A DNA stretch of 64,000 nucleotides. Origin: Pseudomonadota bacterium (GTDB lineage: Bacteria; Pseudomonadota; Alphaproteobacteria; Rickettsiales; RGZB01). The stretch lies in NCBI GenBank assembly GCA_010031735.1, contig RGZB01000001.1:6168-70167 (forward strand), given 5' to 3'. This document shows positions 1 through 10,438 of this stretch, in pieces (the first letter of the stretch is position 1; each line of letters begins with the position of its first letter). A program made the translations under genes and the position numbers. The notes beneath the pieces are model-generated. The model was given only the letters and a program-made list of their open reading frames with translations, was not told the DNA's origin and did no database searches.

Positions 1-55
1 AGCAGGTGCCTGACACCAAACCCACATAACCTGTACCGACCATTGCTACACGCAT
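1..55 (-). CDS. ugd: UDP-glucose 6-dehydrogenase, N-terminal fragment (gene continues beyond the window)
   Basis: Reverse complement of 1-55 reads ATG.. = MRVAMVGTGYVGLVSGTC, the GxGxxG Rossmann start typical of UDP-glucose/GDP-mannose dehydrogenases. It lies directly upstream of galU on the same strand. Confidence 0.5.
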   Translation of the reverse strand, partial: MRVAMVGTGYVGLVSGTC

Positions 56-58
56 CGG

Positions 59-931
59 TTACTCCGCATATTTTTTCAAGATAGCTTTGATATCTTTTTT
101 GAGCTCATCTATTTCAAGGGCAAAGGCGATATTCGCTTCAAGATATCCACGGCGGCCACCACAATCGAACCGCCGCTCCTTGTATTGGATGGCATGGAAG
201 GGCTTATCTTTGAGCATCAGTGCCATTGCATCGGTAAGCTGGATCTCACCGCCCGCCCCTGTACCCGTTTTATCTAGATATTTGAAGATATCGGAATCAA
301 GAACATAACGGCCGATCATCGCAAAATTAGACGGCGCTTCGGATGGCTTCGGCTTCTCGACCATCCCTTTAAGCTTCATGACATGCTGAACTTTACCCTC
401 TGGCACGATGATACCGTAATCGCTGGTGGATTTATTCGGCACCTGCGTAACGCCAACAACGCTTGCACCCGTATCATTGTAAGATTCAATCATTTCTTTC
501 AGGAAGGATTTTTTCTCAAGCAGTAACTCATCGGCCAGTATCACGGCGAAAGGGTCATTCCCCACGAAGTGCCGCGCACACCAGATGGCGTGACCCAGGC
601 CTTTTGGTTCCTGCTGCCTGACGAAGGCTACCTGGCCAGCAGGCGGAAGCCATTCGCGCACCAGATGCAGCTGATGCTTCTTTTCTTTTTCATCAAGTTT
701 ACGTTGCAGCTCGTAGGCGTGGTCAAAGTGGTTATCGATCACGCTCTTGTTGCGCCCCGTGATGAAAATGAACTGCTCAATGCCGGCAGCCTTTGCCTCC
801 TCGAATGCATATTGGATAATGGGCTTATCCACGATCGGGAGCATTTCTTTCGGCATTACCTTTGTCGCTGGCAGGAAGCGTGTACCGAGTCCGCCAACAG
901 GAAATACCACTTTCTTAACGGTGCGTTTCAT
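59..931 (-). CDS. galU: UTP--glucose-1-phosphate uridylyltransferase
   Basis: 290-aa ORF with N-terminal nucleotidyltransferase loop VFPVGGLGTRFLPATKVMPKEMLP and a VEKP motif. Confidence 0.9.
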   Translation of the reverse strand: MKRTVKKVVFPVGGLGTRFLPATKVMPKEMLPIVDKPIIQYAFEEAKAAGIEQFIFITGRNKSVIDNHFDHAYELQRKLDEKEKKHQLHLVREWLPPAGQVAFVRQQEPKGLGHAIWCARHFVGNDPFAVILADELLLEKKSFLKEMIESYNDTGASVVGVTQVPNKSTSDYGIIVPEGKVQHVMKLKGMVEKPKPSEAPSNFAMIGRYVLDSDIFKYLDKTGTGAGGEIQLTDAMALMLKDKPFHAIQYKERRFDCGGRRGYLEANIAFALEIDELKKDIKAILKKYAE

Positions 932-958
932 ATGGAGTTTATACGGTGCTTACGAAAA

Positions 959-1669
959 CTATTCAAGCCTAAATCCTTGAGCAAGCACATACATTTCAGA
1001 AGAATCCGCGCGGCTTGCCTTCGGCTTCACGTGACGGATCTGCTTAAAATGCTTACGCATGGGATCAAGGATGCTCTTCTCCGCACCACCTTGGAATATC
1101 TTGGCCAAAAAAACACCATTCGGTTTCAGGTATTGGATAGCAAAATCGACAGCAAGTTCGCACAATGCCACGATGCGGATATGATCGGTCTGTCGATGGC
1201 CACTCGTATTTGGCGCCATATCGCTTAGAATCACATCGGCTTTGCGATCGCCTATCAATGCCTTTAATTCCTCGAAAGATTCATCTTCTGTAAAATCGCC
1301 TTGGATGAAATCTACCCCGGTGATGGGCTCGATCTCGAGCAGATCGATACCGATGATCTTTCCTTTGCTGCCGATACGGTCGAGTGCAACCTGTGTCCAG
1401 CTACCGGGGGCGGCACCAAGGTCGATCACCAACTGGCCGGGCTTCAATATCTTTTGTTTATCGTCTATCTCGATCAGCTTATACGCCGCGCGTGAACGCC
1501 AGCCGTCTTTTTTTGCCTGCGTGACATACGGGTCATTTAATTGACGTTGTAACCAGCGAACGGTAGACGCTTTACGTCCCTCTGATTTCACGCGAATGGT
1601 AAGGTCACGACGACCGCTGCCACCTGAAGGTGTCTTACCTGACTTTGTAGGTTTCTTTGATTTTGCCAT
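959..1669 (-). CDS. rlmE: 23S rRNA (uridine-2'-O)-methyltransferase RlmE/FtsJ
   Basis: SAM-binding motif VIDLGAAPGSWTQV, FtsJ-like length, and the basic N-terminal tail common in alphaproteobacterial RlmE. Confidence 0.85.
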   Translation of the reverse strand: MAKSKKPTKSGKTPSGGSGRRDLTIRVKSEGRKASTVRWLQRQLNDPYVTQAKKDGWRSRAAYKLIEIDDKQKILKPGQLVIDLGAAPGSWTQVALDRIGSKGKIIGIDLLEIEPITGVDFIQGDFTEDESFEELKALIGDRKADVILSDMAPNTSGHRQTDHIRIVALCELAVDFAIQYLKPNGVFLAKIFQGGAEKSILDPMRKHFKQIRHVKPKASRADSSEMYVLAQGFRLE

Positions 1670-1671
1670 AA

Positions 1672-2337
1672 TTAAAAATCCGGATCTTCGTAATATTCAG
1701 GAGGCTTAAAGCCCGTCACGCGGTCTTGGAGTAACGGACGGAAACTGGGGCGTGATTTTACGAGTGCATACCAATCTTTCACTGCCTGCGAATGCGACCA
1801 AGAGATATCGCCGAGATAATCGATGACGGATATATGCGCCGCCGCGGTGATATCAGCAAATGAAAAGGCATCTCCCGCAAGCCAACGGCGTTTTTTTACC
1901 AGATGGGCGATATAATCGAGATGGTATGTCATATTGTGTTTACCGGCGTGGATGAATTCCGTCTCCGGCTCACCTTGCTTGCGTAGGTATTTAAATACCT
2001 TCTCATCCAGTAAATATTTGGTGACTTCGTAATAGAATTTATTGTTGAACCAGCCAGCGATGCGTCGCACTTCCGCACGTTCTGCCGGGGTCTTTCCCAT
2101 CAGCGGCCGTGTAGTTACCGTTTCTTCCAGATATTCACAGATCGCAGTGCTATCGGATAGCGTTACGTCATCCTCCACCAGCACAGGAACCTGCGCGGCA
2201 GGATTCATGATGAGAAATTCGCGCCGGCGCTCCCAATAATTCTCTATCTCCAGGTCGAAGGCGAGATCCTTTTCTTTCAGGAACACCCGGACCTTACGGG
2301 AAAAAGGCGACAGGGGATAATGATAGAGCAATCGCAT
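1672..2337 (-). CDS. glutathione S-transferase family protein
   Basis: 221 aa with a thioredoxin-like GST N-terminus (LYHYPLSPFSRKVRVFL..VPVLV) and a helical C-terminal domain. Confidence 0.7.
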   Translation of the reverse strand: MRLLYHYPLSPFSRKVRVFLKEKDLAFDLEIENYWERRREFLIMNPAAQVPVLVEDDVTLSDSTAICEYLEETVTTRPLMGKTPAERAEVRRIAGWFNNKFYYEVTKYLLDEKVFKYLRKQGEPETEFIHAGKHNMTYHLDYIAHLVKKRRWLAGDAFSFADITAAAHISVIDYLGDISWSHSQAVKDWYALVKSRPSFRPLLQDRVTGFKPPEYYEDPDF

Positions 2338-2339
2338 CG

Positions 2340-4328
2340 CTAGTCCTTCGCCTGAAGTTCGATAGCGATACTGCCATCATTTTTCAGTTCGGTCTCAGAA
2401 GGGGTAAAACGCTGATCGTAGCTCTGCAAGCGGCAGATGGCGTTATCCTTCTTCTCACAGAAGTAAAATGTGCCATAAAGACGGTAATGCTTCCCCTTCT
2501 TCAGACTTGGCAGCAGTATCTCAAGGCCTTTAAGGATTCTATTATCCCATTGCTTGATATTAATGCCATCCTCAGAAAGCAGAAGATAGCTCGGGGCATT
2601 GGGATTCAGCTTCCAACCCTCTGGCATCTTAAGCTTCACGATGACTTCTTGCTGGGCATTGACCTGCGGCACAGGGGCTGATTTCAGATTGGGCAGAGGT
2701 GTCTCACCCTCCTCTTTTGCTGCGAGCGTATTTTTGGGCTTCAGCTGGATCGCCAAGGTTTCTGCTTTACCCGTTTTTTGATCGATGATACGGATTTGGT
2801 TAGCGTTCGTATCTGCCACATAGAACTTACCATTCTGATGTAGCACATCGTTCGGCTCATTGAAGCGAAGTATTTCGGTGCGGGGGTCAAATCGTTTGCC
2901 ATCGCCATACAAGGTGCTGAGCTTACCTGTTTTCAGGTCGTATTTACGGATGGAGTGATTGTAGGAGTCTGCGATATAGATACCTTCCTGGTCCGCATCG
3001 ATACCAATCGGATGTTGCAAGAGCGCTACGCCTTTCTCGCCATCCTTGAACCCAAAATCAAACAAGCCACTGCCGATCAGTGTGGTGACACCGTCGTCTG
3101 CAAAAACCCGCAGTGAGCTAGTTTCCGAATCGACGAAATATAATTTATCGCCAAGTGCCACAAGGCCGTTCGGCTGGGATAATGAGTTGAGAGGATAGCT
3201 GCCATCGTCGATCGATTCACTGCCGTTGCCAGCAAGCACACCGATCTTCTTACTGACCATGTCATAGATCCAAAGTTGATGGAGACCCGCCATCGCAATC
3301 ACCAAATGGTCATGATCCGGATAGAACGTAATATCCCAGGGAGAAGATAGATTCGCCTCACGCGCATCGACGTTCGAGACACGGCGATCAAAACCCTGCT
3401 TACCCGTACCTGCGATCGTCACCACCGAGCCAGAAGCCAGATTTATCATGCGCACGGCATGGTTGCCCGTATCTGCCACATACAGTGTATTATTATGATA
3501 AGCCATACCTTGTGGCCTGCTGAATAACGCTTTATCCGCAATACCGTCGCTGAAGCCTGCTTTAGCTCCGCCATAGATGCCGAGCACGTTGCCTGTTTTT
3601 TCCTCGACTGCAAGAATCCTGTTATTACTGCTATCGGAAATAAACAGCGCATCCTTACCTTTATAGGCCGCGATTTTCTTTCCGATCTCCAATTTGCCTG
3701 GATAACGCAGCACCGATTCCGGCGCTTTCGTGCGCTCAAGTTCGATAGGCAGCGGCGTGGTATTTAAACGTCCCTTATAATCCTCGATGAGTGACGCAAC
3801 ATCCCTTGCGATATCGTCCCGGTGTCCTTCGCCAGAATAAATCGATTCGATCTTACCAAGTGGGTTTATCAGGATGAGTGATGGCCAGGCCGTCACTCCA
3901 AAACTATTCCATATTCGGAAACTCGCATCATTTACGACAGGATGTTCGATACCGTAACGCAATACCGCTGAACGAATATTCTCTTTATCCTTCTCATTCA
4001 GGAATTTTGCAGAATGCACACCGATGACCGTTAGGTTGTTCCCGAAGGTATGTTCAAGATATTGCAGGTCTGGAATGATATGCATGCAGTTTATGCAGCA
4101 GAATGTCCAGAAATCGAGAAGGATGATGCGCCCCCTCAAATCTTCATTCAGAAGCGGACGGGAAACGTTCAGCCATTCCCCCTCCTGTGCGATCGCACGG
4201 TGCATATTGGTAATCGGAAGCTTGACATTGGCAGAGGCGCGAAGTGATTTCTTCCCATCATTGAACCACATGGCAACAGACCCCGCTATCACTACCAAAA
4301 GAACGATCCACCGGAAGCGCAGCCTCAT
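2340..4328 (-). CDS. membrane-anchored thioredoxin-like / NHL-repeat beta-propeller protein
   Basis: N-terminal TM helix, redox motif WTFCCINCMH, then repeated NHL-type blades (LYVADTGNHAVR, IYIADSYNHSIRKY, FYVADTNANQIRII). Confidence 0.75.
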   Translation of the reverse strand: MRLRFRWIVLLVVIAGSVAMWFNDGKKSLRASANVKLPITNMHRAIAQEGEWLNVSRPLLNEDLRGRIILLDFWTFCCINCMHIIPDLQYLEHTFGNNLTVIGVHSAKFLNEKDKENIRSAVLRYGIEHPVVNDASFRIWNSFGVTAWPSLILINPLGKIESIYSGEGHRDDIARDVASLIEDYKGRLNTTPLPIELERTKAPESVLRYPGKLEIGKKIAAYKGKDALFISDSSNNRILAVEEKTGNVLGIYGGAKAGFSDGIADKALFSRPQGMAYHNNTLYVADTGNHAVRMINLASGSVVTIAGTGKQGFDRRVSNVDAREANLSSPWDITFYPDHDHLVIAMAGLHQLWIYDMVSKKIGVLAGNGSESIDDGSYPLNSLSQPNGLVALGDKLYFVDSETSSLRVFADDGVTTLIGSGLFDFGFKDGEKGVALLQHPIGIDADQEGIYIADSYNHSIRKYDLKTGKLSTLYGDGKRFDPRTEILRFNEPNDVLHQNGKFYVADTNANQIRIIDQKTGKAETLAIQLKPKNTLAAKEEGETPLPNLKSAPVPQVNAQQEVIVKLKMPEGWKLNPNAPSYLLLSEDGINIKQWDNRILKGLEILLPSLKKGKHYRLYGTFYFCEKKDNAICRLQSYDQRFTPSETELKNDGSIAIELQAKD

Positions 4329-4903
4329 GTCTTTGGCTTCCTATGTTTAAAGACCACCACCGTTCCGGCGACTTTATCATGTAATGCCTGGCGCTGTTTG
4401 GTGAAGAGCACCGTCATAAGACCCATACCCAACGGTAGCATGGAAAGAAGGTATGCAAGATAACGCACGATGAACTGATGGCGCGTGGGCTTCCCTAGTG
4501 TTTCTTTATCCACGATCTCCATACGGAGAAGCATTTTTCCCGGAGTCGCAGATTTATAGAACCAGAAGGCAAGCACGATGATGCCTGCAGCGAGATACTG
4601 CACGACGAATTCCGTTAACATCTTCTGCATGCCACCACTGTTAAGGAAGTATTCGACAAACTCCGCAAATATCACTTTGGGATCCGCGGTGGGCGATGCG
4701 AGTTGCTGCTGCATCTTCAGCACTGCCGGATCAGGTGTACCGCGTGGAAGGATAGGAACCAAAATGACGGTCGCAGCAAATACATCGAGCATAGAAGCAA
4801 GCAAGCGCCAGTGGAGTTTAGGATACAGCTTCATCTCCGGAGGTTCAGGCTTATAGCGTATTCTCTCGTTCAGAGCGGCTACTTTATCTAATATGGCCTG
4901 CAT
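4325..4903 (-). CDS. RDD family membrane protein
   Basis: Multi-TM protein ending in the RDD-type motif LHDKVAGTVVV. The likely start is the internal MQAILDK (4903), just after the bioD stop. The longest ORF extends to 4954. Confidence 0.6.
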   Translation of the reverse strand: MQAILDKVAALNERIRYKPEPPEMKLYPKLHWRLLASMLDVFAATVILVPILPRGTPDPAVLKMQQQLASPTADPKVIFAEFVEYFLNSGGMQKMLTEFVVQYLAAGIIVLAFWFYKSATPGKMLLRMEIVDKETLGKPTRHQFIVRYLAYLLSMLPLGMGLMTVLFTKQRQALHDKVAGTVVVFKHRKPKT

Positions 4904-4904
4904 A

Positions 4905-5567
4905 TCACTCCACAATGCGCAGTATTTCAGGGACTTCGTTCTCGAGCCTAGCATTTTTTGCCAAGCGATGAATTAAAAAAATGGGCGCACGGACGAAATT
5001 CTTCATGGTCGTTGCCATTTCATCAATGCCAACCGCACTTATCTCCGATTCACTGATCACGATGGCTGCGATATCGACTGCCTCGGCACGCAAGACCTTA
5101 TAGGCCGTCAGTGCATGGCTGATGGCACCTAAATAACTTCCTACGACCAGGATCACAGAAGCAGACGAACGTTTGATGAGATCGAGCGTATGGTGCATAT
5201 CATTGAGCGGCACCATCACACCCCCCGCGCCTTCGATCAGATGGACATCGCTTTCTGGTGATGCGCGACAAAATGCGACCAGCTTCTCGAAATCGATCGT
5301 GGCATTCTCTCGCCTGGCTGCCATATCAGGGGATAATGGCGCATCGAAGCGGTAAAGCGTTACAGTCTTGAGCGTTTCGCTATTGCGTTTCAAACCGAGT
5401 GCGTCAATGATGGCATAGCTATCATTCTCCGACTCATTCCAGCCACTGATGACCGGCTTTTGCGCCGACACGCTTTTGCCTTTTGCCTGAAGGCCGCGGA
5501 TGAGCGCACAGGTAAGCAGTGTCTTGCCCACTTCCGTTCCTGAAGAAGTGATGAAATAGCGTTTCAT
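4905..5567 (-). CDS. bioD: dethiobiotin synthetase
   Basis: P-loop ITSSGTEVGKT, about 220 aa, last gene of the bioFHCD string. Confidence 0.85.
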   Translation of the reverse strand: MKRYFITSSGTEVGKTLLTCALIRGLQAKGKSVSAQKPVISGWNESENDSYAIIDALGLKRNSETLKTVTLYRFDAPLSPDMAARRENATIDFEKLVAFCRASPESDVHLIEGAGGVMVPLNDMHHTLDLIKRSSASVILVVGSYLGAISHALTAYKVLRAEAVDIAAIVISESEISAVGIDEMATTMKNFVRAPIFLIHRLAKNARLENEVPEILRIVE

Positions 5568-6323
5568 TTACGATTTCCTCGCAATGCCATAGACCACTTC
5601 CCATGTTGCATACACCCCTCCTTCAGAAGCGAACCGCTCTTTGTAGGTAGCCGCCTTGCGCTCAAAACGTGCCTTACCTAAAAGTCCACGTACACGGCCA
5701 TTTTTATGCGTTGCGCCCACATTCTTGATATCCTGAAGTAGCATTCTGAAGTCGGCGTATTCCCTGCGCTCTTTATGGACCTGTAGCTCTATATCTTTGA
5801 AACCGGCACGCTTCAGTGCATGCTCCATTTCCTCTACCTCCAGGAATGGGTGCATCTTTTCACTCCCCACCACCTCACGTAGCTCGGAGAGTGTAGGATT
5901 GGCAAGGGTCGCGAATATAAAATAGCCACCGGGTTGCAGTACACGAAACACGCCGCCACAGGTTTTATCGATCTCTAACGACCATTGTAACGCGAGCGAA
6001 GATGTCACCGTTCTGAATGTCGCGCTCTTGAGTGCAAGCGCTTCCATATCCATAGCGGCGACCGGTCCAAAGTGCGACGCTTGCCGGCACATTTCCGGCG
6101 CAATATCGATCTGTGTGACGCTATGCAATGGTTTTTGTTTTTCAGCAATGAATCCGGTACCACAGCCGATATCCAGCACGGGAGCGGCTATATAGGGATT
6201 GAAACGCTTCAGCAAATTCTCCGCCACTGACTTCTGCCAGCTGGCTTTCCTATGATAATGGTGCGCAGCACTAGAAAAATCGCGCTTCACGCGTTGCTTA
6301 AAGGCCTGCATTGGCAAGTCCAT
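5568..6323 (-). CDS. bioC: malonyl-ACP O-methyltransferase
   Basis: Class I SAM methyltransferase motif VLDIGCGTG, located between the BioH-like esterase and bioD. Confidence 0.75.
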   Translation of the reverse strand: MDLPMQAFKQRVKRDFSSAAHHYHRKASWQKSVAENLLKRFNPYIAAPVLDIGCGTGFIAEKQKPLHSVTQIDIAPEMCRQASHFGPVAAMDMEALALKSATFRTVTSSLALQWSLEIDKTCGGVFRVLQPGGYFIFATLANPTLSELREVVGSEKMHPFLEVEEMEHALKRAGFKDIELQVHKERREYADFRMLLQDIKNVGATHKNGRVRGLLGKARFERKAATYKERFASEGGVYATWEVVYGIARKS

Positions 6324-6999
6324 TCTCTATTTGGTTCAGGATCTGGCTCGGATCATGCAGATGCGGCGCGTGACCACAACTTTCTACGATATAAATCGCG
6401 CTCTGCTTTATCGCCGCATGAAGTAAATGTGCTTGCTCTACATGCGTTACTGCATCTTCTTTTCCATGCACGATCAATGTGCGCGGAAAATCATTGAGAT
6501 CCATTTTGGAAGCGGAGAATGTATTCAGCTGTTGCAACCAATACCCAAGATTTTTCAGGGCGGCAGCATCGGTGTGGGTACGAAGACCCTTTACGACTTG
6601 TTTTGCATTACTATCACCCTGAGCGATGAAATAACGGAAGCGCGAAAGCATCCCTGATGGATCATTTTCATACTCTGCGCAGAAATCTTTGAAGGATTGG
6701 GTGGTAACTCCCTGATGTGTAGGTTCATCACTTACATACTGATACGGCGCGGCGATCAGCACCAGGAAATGGGTTTTTATCAATCCTCTTCCGATAAGTT
6801 CCAGCGCGATCTGCCCACCGAGACTCCAACCGATCACAAATTCATACGATTCCACCTTCGAAAAGGAGGAAAAAAGACGCTCCTTTGATGGGTAGACTGC
6901 ATAGTCCAGTCCAACGCCATGAAAATCATCCCGAACTGCCGGATTCAGCACCTCAGGTTTTTGTCCCCAACCGGGTATGAGCAGTACATTTTTTCTCAT
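6298..6999 (-). CDS. alpha/beta hydrolase, BioH-type pimeloyl-ACP methyl ester esterase candidate
   Basis: Nucleophile elbow GWSLGG and C-terminal CGHAPHLH. It overlaps the bioF stop and the bioC start. Confidence 0.65.
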   Translation of the reverse strand: MRKNVLLIPGWGQKPEVLNPAVRDDFHGVGLDYAVYPSKERLFSSFSKVESYEFVIGWSLGGQIALELIGRGLIKTHFLVLIAAPYQYVSDEPTHQGVTTQSFKDFCAEYENDPSGMLSRFRYFIAQGDSNAKQVVKGLRTHTDAAALKNLGYWLQQLNTFSASKMDLNDFPRTLIVHGKEDAVTHVEQAHLLHAAIKQSAIYIVESCGHAPHLHDPSQILNQIENGLANAGL

Positions 7000-8111
7000 G
7001 CAAGAATATCCCTTAACGTCTTCGCTAGATTCTTCACTTGCGTATCAGAATGCAATGCGGAGAACGTAAAACGTAGGCGGGCTGTGCCTTCTGGAACAGT
7101 TGGCGGACGAATTGCAGAAACAAGAAACTTCTCATTTTGTAATTTTCTGGAAATCGCGAGCGCTATTTCAGCGTCTCCGATGATGAGTGGGACGATTGCA
7201 CTTTTGGCCTCCGGAAGGCCCATCGCTTTAGTGAAGATTTTGGCATTAAAAAGTGCCTTTTTTGCCCTATTCTTGTCTTCAGCCATCATTTTAAGTGCCG
7301 CGACCGAGGCACCGACCACGGAGGGAGGCAGCGCGGTCGAAAACATGAGCGTCCTTGCAGTGGTTTTTAGATAGTCAATCACCGCTTTACTTGCACAGAC
7401 ATACCCCCCGTACGATCCTGCTGCTTTCGAAAGTGTTCCCATCTGGATATCGGCTTTCACTTCATTCTCTATGATACCAAGACCGTGCGCATCATCCGTA
7501 ATCGTCGTCGCGTTATATTTTTCTGCGAGTGCTTGGATTTTTTTGAGTAGCGCGAGATCGCCATCCATGCTGAACACAGTTTCAGTGAGGATAAAACACT
7601 CCTTGTACTGCTTGCGATAGTCTTTCAGCAATCGCTCCAGATCCTTTAAATCATTGTGTTTGAAGCGTTGGAAGCGCGCGCCCGAGAGTTTTATACCGTC
7701 TATCATGCATGCATGAACCAAACGATCTGCAAGGATGAGGTCGTCCTTACCTGCAATCGCAGCAATCAATCCGATATTGGCAAGATATCCACTGCCGAAT
7801 ACACATGCCGCTTCCGTGCCCTTCATTTTAGCGAGTTGCTTTTCCAGGGTGGCGTAAAGCGGGTGACTACCGGTGACGAGGCGTGATGCCCCTGCCCCAG
7901 CACCGTATTCATGAAGCGCTGCTTCGGCTGCAGCGAGCACAGTTTTATCCTGCGACAAGCCCAGATAGTCATTGCCGGAGAAAGAAAGCAGCTTTTCACC
8001 CTCCCGCATGACCCACGCACCCGTCACTTCCGTTGGTTCGATGACGCGGAGCAGATGCTGTTCTTTCAAGGCAGAGAGCCTTTTTCGGGCGGTATGTTCA
8101 AATGCTGGCAT
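6996..8111 (-). CDS. bioF: 8-amino-7-oxononanoate synthase
   Basis: PLP alpha-oxoamine synthase with GSGYLANIG and the lysine motif GTLSKAAGSYGG. Confidence 0.9.
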   Translation of the reverse strand: MPAFEHTARKRLSALKEQHLLRVIEPTEVTGAWVMREGEKLLSFSGNDYLGLSQDKTVLAAAEAALHEYGAGAGASRLVTGSHPLYATLEKQLAKMKGTEAACVFGSGYLANIGLIAAIAGKDDLILADRLVHACMIDGIKLSGARFQRFKHNDLKDLERLLKDYRKQYKECFILTETVFSMDGDLALLKKIQALAEKYNATTITDDAHGLGIIENEVKADIQMGTLSKAAGSYGGYVCASKAVIDYLKTTARTLMFSTALPPSVVGASVAALKMMAEDKNRAKKALFNAKIFTKAMGLPEAKSAIVPLIIGDAEIALAISRKLQNEKFLVSAIRPPTVPEGTARLRFTFSALHSDTQVKNLAKTLRDILA

Positions 8112-8145
8112 TTTATAGTGTTTCTGTTATATGTAGCTGCGTAAT

Positions 8146-9177
8146 ATGGCAAGAAACAGGCAATTTGTGAACCATAAAACCACTATCCGGCACGATTGGA
8201 AGACTGAAGAAGTGATGGCGCTTTTCGCGCTCCCCTTCAGTGACCTGCTGTTCCGTGCACAGACCACTCACCGCGAATCCTTCCCGGAAGGCGAAGTGCA
8301 ACTCTCGACACTCCTCAGCATAAAGACCGGCGGTTGCGCGGAAAATTGCTCCTATTGCCCGCAGAGCGCGCATTTCGACACCGGTATCAACGCCAGCAAG
8401 CTGATGCCTACCGAGGAAATCCTGAAACATGCGCAGCAGGCAAAAGAGGCGGGTGCCTCGCGTTTCTGCATGGGTGCAGCATGGCGCAGCCCGAAAGACC
8501 GTGATATCCCTCAACTGGCGGAAATCATCACCGGTGTAAAGAATATGGGGCTTGAGACCTGCATGACGCTCGGCATGTTATCGGGCGATCAAGCCCATGC
8601 ACTCAAGGACGCAGGCCTTGATTACTATAACCACAATATCGATACCTCCGAAGAGTTCTATTCCGAGATCATCACCACGCGCAGTTTCAAAGATCGTATC
8701 GATACGCTCGAGAATGTACGCAATTCGGGCATGAAAGTCTGCTGCGGCGGCATCGTCGGCATGGGGGAATCGGTCGAAGACCGCGCAAAGATGCTCATTA
8801 CCCTGGCAAACTTGCCGAAGCACCCAGAGAGCGTGCCGATTAACCGATTGGTTAAGGTCGAAGGAACCCCCTTAGAACACACTAAGGAAGTCGATATTTT
8901 TGACTTTATCCGCACGATTGCAGTCGCTCGCATCGTGATGCCGTGTTCGTATGTCCGTCTATCTGCCGGCCGTGAGGATATGTCGGAAGAAGCGCAGGCA
9001 CTTTGCTTCATGGCAGGTGCGAATTCCATTTTCTACGGGGAAAAACTGCTCACCACCCCGAATCCTATACAAAATCGCGACATGGAGCTGTTTGCGAAAC
9101 TCGGGATCAAGCCGAGCCAATCTGAAAGCACCAGCCATCATATCGAGCAGACGGAACGTGAAGAAGCCCTCGCATAA
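8146..9177 (+). CDS. bioB: biotin synthase
   Basis: Radical-SAM cluster motif [13 protein letters not shown] and N-terminal [22 protein letters not shown]. Confidence 0.95.
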   Translation: MARNRQFVNHKTTIRHDWKTEEVMALFALPFSDLLFRAQTTHRESFPEGEVQLSTLLSIKTGGCAENCSYCPQSAHFDTGINASKLMPTEEILKHAQQAKEAGASRFCMGAAWRSPKDRDIPQLAEIITGVKNMGLETCMTLGMLSGDQAHALKDAGLDYYNHNIDTSEEFYSEIITTRSFKDRIDTLENVRNSGMKVCCGGIVGMGESVEDRAKMLITLANLPKHPESVPINRLVKVEGTPLEHTKEVDIFDFIRTIAVARIVMPCSYVRLSAGREDMSEEAQALCFMAGANSIFYGEKLLTTPNPIQNRDMELFAKLGIKPSQSESTSHHIEQTEREEALA

Positions 9178-10438
9178 TATCCCTGCCTGGCAGGAAAAAG
9201 GCGCCCCACATATCTGGCATCCCTACACGCAGGCGGAGATAGCCCCTACTCCTATCGCTGCTGCTGCGACCCAAGGTTCCGAGATCCACTTAGAAGATGG
9301 CACGGTACTGATCGACGGTATCGCTTCGTGGTGGAGCGCATGCCATGGCTATAACCACCCCGCGATTCTATCTGCCATGGATACACAGCTGAAAACCATG
9401 CCACATGTGATGTTCGCCGGCATCGCACACGCCCCGGCCTATACGCTTGCCGAAAAACTCTCATCCATTGCGCCTAAAGGCTTAAGCCGCGCGTTCTTCT
9501 CAGACTCCGGATCGGTTGCGATCGAAGTCGCCATGAAGATGGCCGTGCAGTATTGGAAGAATCAGGGTAATTCGCAGAAAAACCGCTTCGTTAGTTTCCG
9601 CCACGGCTATCATGGTGATACCATGGGCGCCATGTCTGTCGGTGACCAGGATGGCATGCACAAGATATTCACCCACTACATGCCGATGCAATACACGATC
9701 GACCTGCCGAGCGATGAATACAGTTTCGCGGAGTTCGATGTGCTCTTGGGCGACCTCAAGAAGTCTATCGCGGGCGTCATCATCGAGCCGCTCGTGCAGG
9801 GCGCTGGCGGTCTGAAATTCCATACACCCGATGTTTTGGCCGAGATATACCGTATCGCGAAGAAACATGGCCTCCTCTTCATTGCGGATGAGATAATGAC
9901 CGGGTTCGGACGCACCGGCATGATGTTTGCCTGCAATGAGTCCGGCATTACACCCGATATCCTATGCCTCGGCAAAGCACTTACCGGCGGCGCTATTTCC
10001 CTTGGTGCTACACTTGCAACCGAAGAGATATATGGCAAATTCCTCTCCGATAAACTCGAGAACGCGCTGATGCATGGGCCGACCTATATGGCGAATCCAC
10101 TCGCATGTTCGGCTGCACTCGCATCCCTCACCCTCTTCGAGAAAGAACCACGCCTGAAGCAAGTGGAAGCCATCGAAGCGCAATTAACGGAAGAACTGTT
10201 ACCACTGCAGAAGGCGGATAAGGTTGTGGATGTACGCATCAAAGGGGCTATCGGTGCCGTACAGCTCGAAGGACTCGATTACACCAAGGTACTGGCGCTC
10301 CGCAAACAGTGTTTAGAGAAAGGTGTGTGGCTGCGCCCCTTCGGCGATGTGATCTATACCACGCCGGCCTTCACCATAAACCCCAAAGAGTTGTCGCAGA
10401 TCACGAAAGTCATCCGCGAAGTGGTACATGGGCTTTAG
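9158..10438 (+). CDS. bioA: adenosylmethionine-8-amino-7-oxononanoate aminotransferase
   Basis: Class-III aminotransferase ([20 protein letters not shown]). The tracked ORF start (8951) lies deep inside bioB. An in-frame GTG at 9158 gives a typical 426-aa BioA with a 20-nt overlap. Confidence 0.85.
   Translation: MKKPSHNIPAWQEKGAPHIWHPYTQAEIAPTPIAAAATQGSEIHLEDGTVLIDGIASWWSACHGYNHPAILSAMDTQLKTMPHVMFAGIAHAPAYTLAEKLSSIAPKGLSRAFFSDSGSVAIEVAMKMAVQYWKNQGNSQKNRFVSFRHGYHGDTMGAMSVGDQDGMHKIFTHYMPMQYTIDLPSDEYSFAEFDVLLGDLKKSIAGVIIEPLVQGAGGLKFHTPDVLAEIYRIAKKHGLLFIADEIMTGFGRTGMMFACNESGITPDILCLGKALTGGAISLGATLATEEIYGKFLSDKLENALMHGPTYMANPLACSAALASLTLFEKEPRLKQVEAIEAQLTEELLPLQKADKVVDVRIKGAIGAVQLEGLDYTKVLALRKQCLEKGVWLRPFGDVIYTTPAFTINPKELSQITKVIREVVHGL

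Noticed and set aside
8112-8145. A BioR/BirA-type operator in the 34-bp bioF/bioB divergent spacer (TTATAGTGTT and TTATATGTAG).
   Set aside because: By my count the best match to the alphaproteobacterial BioR palindrome TTATMKATAA is only 8/10, and it is not palindromic. The very short spacer is notable, but I cannot support an operator call.
8951-9157. The long 5' extension of the bioA ORF, and similar extensions for the 29225 kinase, 38958 ilvH, 54696 ctrA, 55485 sixA, 41026 csrA, 24681 metC and 12519 ccmG starts.
   Set aside because: These extensions overlap the preceding gene extensively and add non-homologous residues. Internal starts give canonical N-termini, and several have an SD or a stop/start overlap.
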